The position numbers and the translations under genes are program-made. A DNA stretch of 52,649 nucleotides from Christensenellales bacterium (lineage in GTDB: Bacteria; Bacillota; Clostridia; Christensenellales; DTU072). The stretch covers positions 1-52,649 of the forward strand of contig JBJETX010000079.1 of NCBI GenBank assembly GCA_051883535.1, written 5' to 3'. Positions 51,103 to 52,649 of this stretch are shown here, piece by piece. The notes beneath the pieces were generated by a model. That model made no database searches. It was not told the origin of the DNA and saw only the letters and a program-made list of their open reading frames with translations. The stretch's first letter is position 1, and each line of letters opens with the position of its first letter.

Positions 51103-52649
51103 ATGGGAAAATTCGGAAGATTTGCTTACGAACATAAAAAAGAACTGGTTGCGTTCGGCGTGCTTTTCGTCGTTACGGTACTGCTTTGCGTGCCGTTTAC
51201 CATGAAGTATGCGGTCAAAGTTTTCGGCTGGGCGGTCTGGTTTTATCTTGCGTCGGGTTACGCCGCGGCGTTGTTACATTGCCGCAAGAAAAAGATAAAT
51301 CTTACCGTAAAAACGGCGGTGTGGCTTATTCTGTCGTTGTTTTTCGCGCTTGCGACGTTGCACGTCGCGTGTATGGACCGCGTGCTTACGAAAACGTTTA
51401 CCGAATACATAGTCGGCTCGTACGAGACGGGTTCGGCAGGCGGCGCGATTTTCGGAATTCTCACTTCCCCCGTAACCGTATGGTTCACTTACGTCTGGGC
51501 GATCGTTTTTTATATGGTCGCCACCGCGGTCTGTTCGTTCTTTTTCTTCAGACCGTTTATTTTTGCGGGAACTGCAAATCCGTTTGCCGCGCCTAAAAAG
51601 AAGAAAAAAATCGAGGAAACGCCGGTTTTCCACGAAGTCATTCTGGACGAATCGCCTTTTCTCAGCAAGAAAAATCGTCAGGAAAAGAGCGCGCCCGTCG
51701 CTTATATGACGGAGAATATCTCTCCCGACGACGAAAAAGACCCGAGAACGCTTCTTTTCGGAGGAATCAAAGAGAGTTATTCGCCCACGGTCTCCTCTTA
51801 TTCTGGAGACGGAGAGTATGACGTTAAACCGTACGTTTTCCGTAAAAAGAGCGGCGAAGACGAACTTACCGAAGAGCGCGCCGCGGAAATACTTCTCGGA
51901 AACGACAAAGACGCCGAGAAAGAACCCGTTCTCAATTACGACGACGAACCGGACGAAACGGTGATTTTCGACGATGAAAAAGACGAGAGCATTCCCGACC
52001 TGCTCAGGCCGAGGGACAATCCGTTTTTGCAGGCGCTTAAACAGAGCGTAAACGAAAAATACGCGCCGTCGCCGATACTCTACGGGGCGGCGGAAGAAAC
52101 GCGAGAGGAAGAAGTCTCCTACGCGCAAGGAGAAACGTACGACGAGGCGGACGACGAACCGACGGAAGAACCCGTCGCGCAGAACGCGGGCGGCAACGCG
52201 GTTTCCGCAAGCGGCAAGGTGGACGTATCGAGCGATTACGTTTATTACGAAGGGAAACTGATACCCGTAATGAAGAGCGGAGCGGCGGACGGGTTCGCGG
52301 CGCGCGAGCAGAAAGTTCATACGGGACCGATAGTCTCCTCTTCCATGCCCGTTACGCCCGTCGAAGAAGAACCGCAGGAAGAGGCGCGGCATAAAATCGT
52401 GCAACTCGTCAAGAGACCGAATCTGCCGTATAACAAACCGCCGATATCCATACTGAAAAATCACGTGACCGAGAATTTCAGTCCGACAGTGGACAACTGG
52501 GACGAACTTAAAGAAATTTTCGAGGTAAGACTCCAGAACTTCGGCGTGGAAGCGCGTCTCGTCGACGCGGTAAAAGGACCGACGGTAACCCTTTGCGCGC
52601 TGGAACTCGGCGACAGGTGTCCGATAGCGAAACTGATTTCGTTGAAAAC
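51103..52649 (+). CDS. ftsK: DNA translocase FtsK/SpoIIIE, N-terminal part (runs off the right edge)
   Basis: Absent from the ORF track because there is no in-window stop. GGGAGGGA precedes ATG 51103. My hand translation gives MGKFGRFAYEHKKELVAFGVLFVV..., then hydrophobic segments, then an acidic linker. It continues KRPNLPYNKPPISILKN...NFGVEARLVDAVKGPTVTLCALELG, typical of the start of the FtsK motor region. Confidence 0.8.
   Translation, partial: MGKFGRFAYEHKKELVAFGVLFVVTVLLCVPFTMKYAVKVFGWAVWFYLASGYAAALLHCRKKKINLTVKTAVWLILSLFFALATLHVACMDRVLTKTFTEYIVGSYETGSAGGAIFGILTSPVTVWFTYVWAIVFYMVATAVCSFFFFRPFIFAGTANPFAAPKKKKKIEETPVFHEVILDESPFLSKKNRQEKSAPVAYMTENISPDDEKDPRTLLFGGIKESYSPTVSSYSGDGEYDVKPYVFRKKSGEDELTEERAAEILLGNDKDAEKEPVLNYDDEPDETVIFDDEKDESIPDLLRPRDNPFLQALKQSVNEKYAPSPILYGAAEETREEEVSYAQGETYDEADDEPTEEPVAQNAGGNAVSASGKVDVSSDYVYYEGKLIPVMKSGAADGFAAREQKVHTGPIVSSSMPVTPVEEEPQEEARHKIVQLVKRPNLPYNKPPISILKNHVTENFSPTVDNWDELKEIFEVRLQNFGVEARLVDAVKGPTVTLCALELGDRCPIAKLISLK

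Noticed and set aside
51186-52464. ORFs 51186-51596 (+) and 51274-52464 (-, 396 aa) at the right end
   Set aside because: Both overlap the unlisted ftsK frame, which starts at 51103 with an RBS and has TM segments and FtsK motifs. The minus ORF is the antisense-register shadow. The + ORF is an out-of-frame R-rich read.
1-52649. Search for tRNA, rRNA, CRISPR arrays, IS or transposase genes, integrases, toxin-antitoxin or defence cassettes
   Set aside because: No direct-repeat/spacer arrays were seen. No T-loop-like GGTTCGAATCC motifs occur in the spacers. No transposase, integrase or nuclease-type ORFs appear in any frame. All sizeable intergenic regions are accounted for by promoters, terminators or the origin.

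Overview
This is an origin-proximal chromosomal segment of a Bacillota (Firmicutes)-like bacterium. Markers are RNase Y, an ecfA1-ecfA2-ecfT-truA module, and dnaA-dnaN with a DnaA-box cluster at about 37.3 kb. I saw no rRNA, tRNA, CRISPR array, IS element or phage gene.

The ORF track misleads in two ways.
- It omits ORFs that run off the window. These are a minus-strand lipoprotein gene of at least 3994 codons filling 1-11984, and ftsK at 51103-52649.
- Nearly every real gene carries a long stop-free shadow ORF in exact antisense codon register, up to 2100 codons. The sense strands almost never use TTA, CTA or TCA.

About 47% of the window (24.6 kb) encodes three predicted lipoproteins: at least 3994 aa, 3676 aa and 522 aa. 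All three sit behind consensus sigma-70 promoters and share unusual extracytoplasmic Cys/His (CxxCG) modules. I consider this the best candidate for something undescribed.

Other points worth a second look:
- A tightly coupled lipase, archaeal-type GAPDH, archaeal-type PGK, LarA-family and 5-formyl-THF cyclo-ligase operon.
- Four genes whose ATG lies 7-9 nt after a -10 box with no Shine-Dalgarno, suggesting leaderless mRNAs.
- A block of about 35% GC (orf413-dnaN-dnaA) inside DNA of about 50% GC.
- A candidate oriC unwinding module: DnaA boxes, a TAN-trio run and an AT tract.

The remaining genes are ordinary housekeeping: rpsI, rplM, luxS, a DMT transporter, a radical SAM protein, an M16 peptidase, an SDR, esterases and an ABC-2 exporter.

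All calls come from reading the sequence and motifs by eye. No database search was run.
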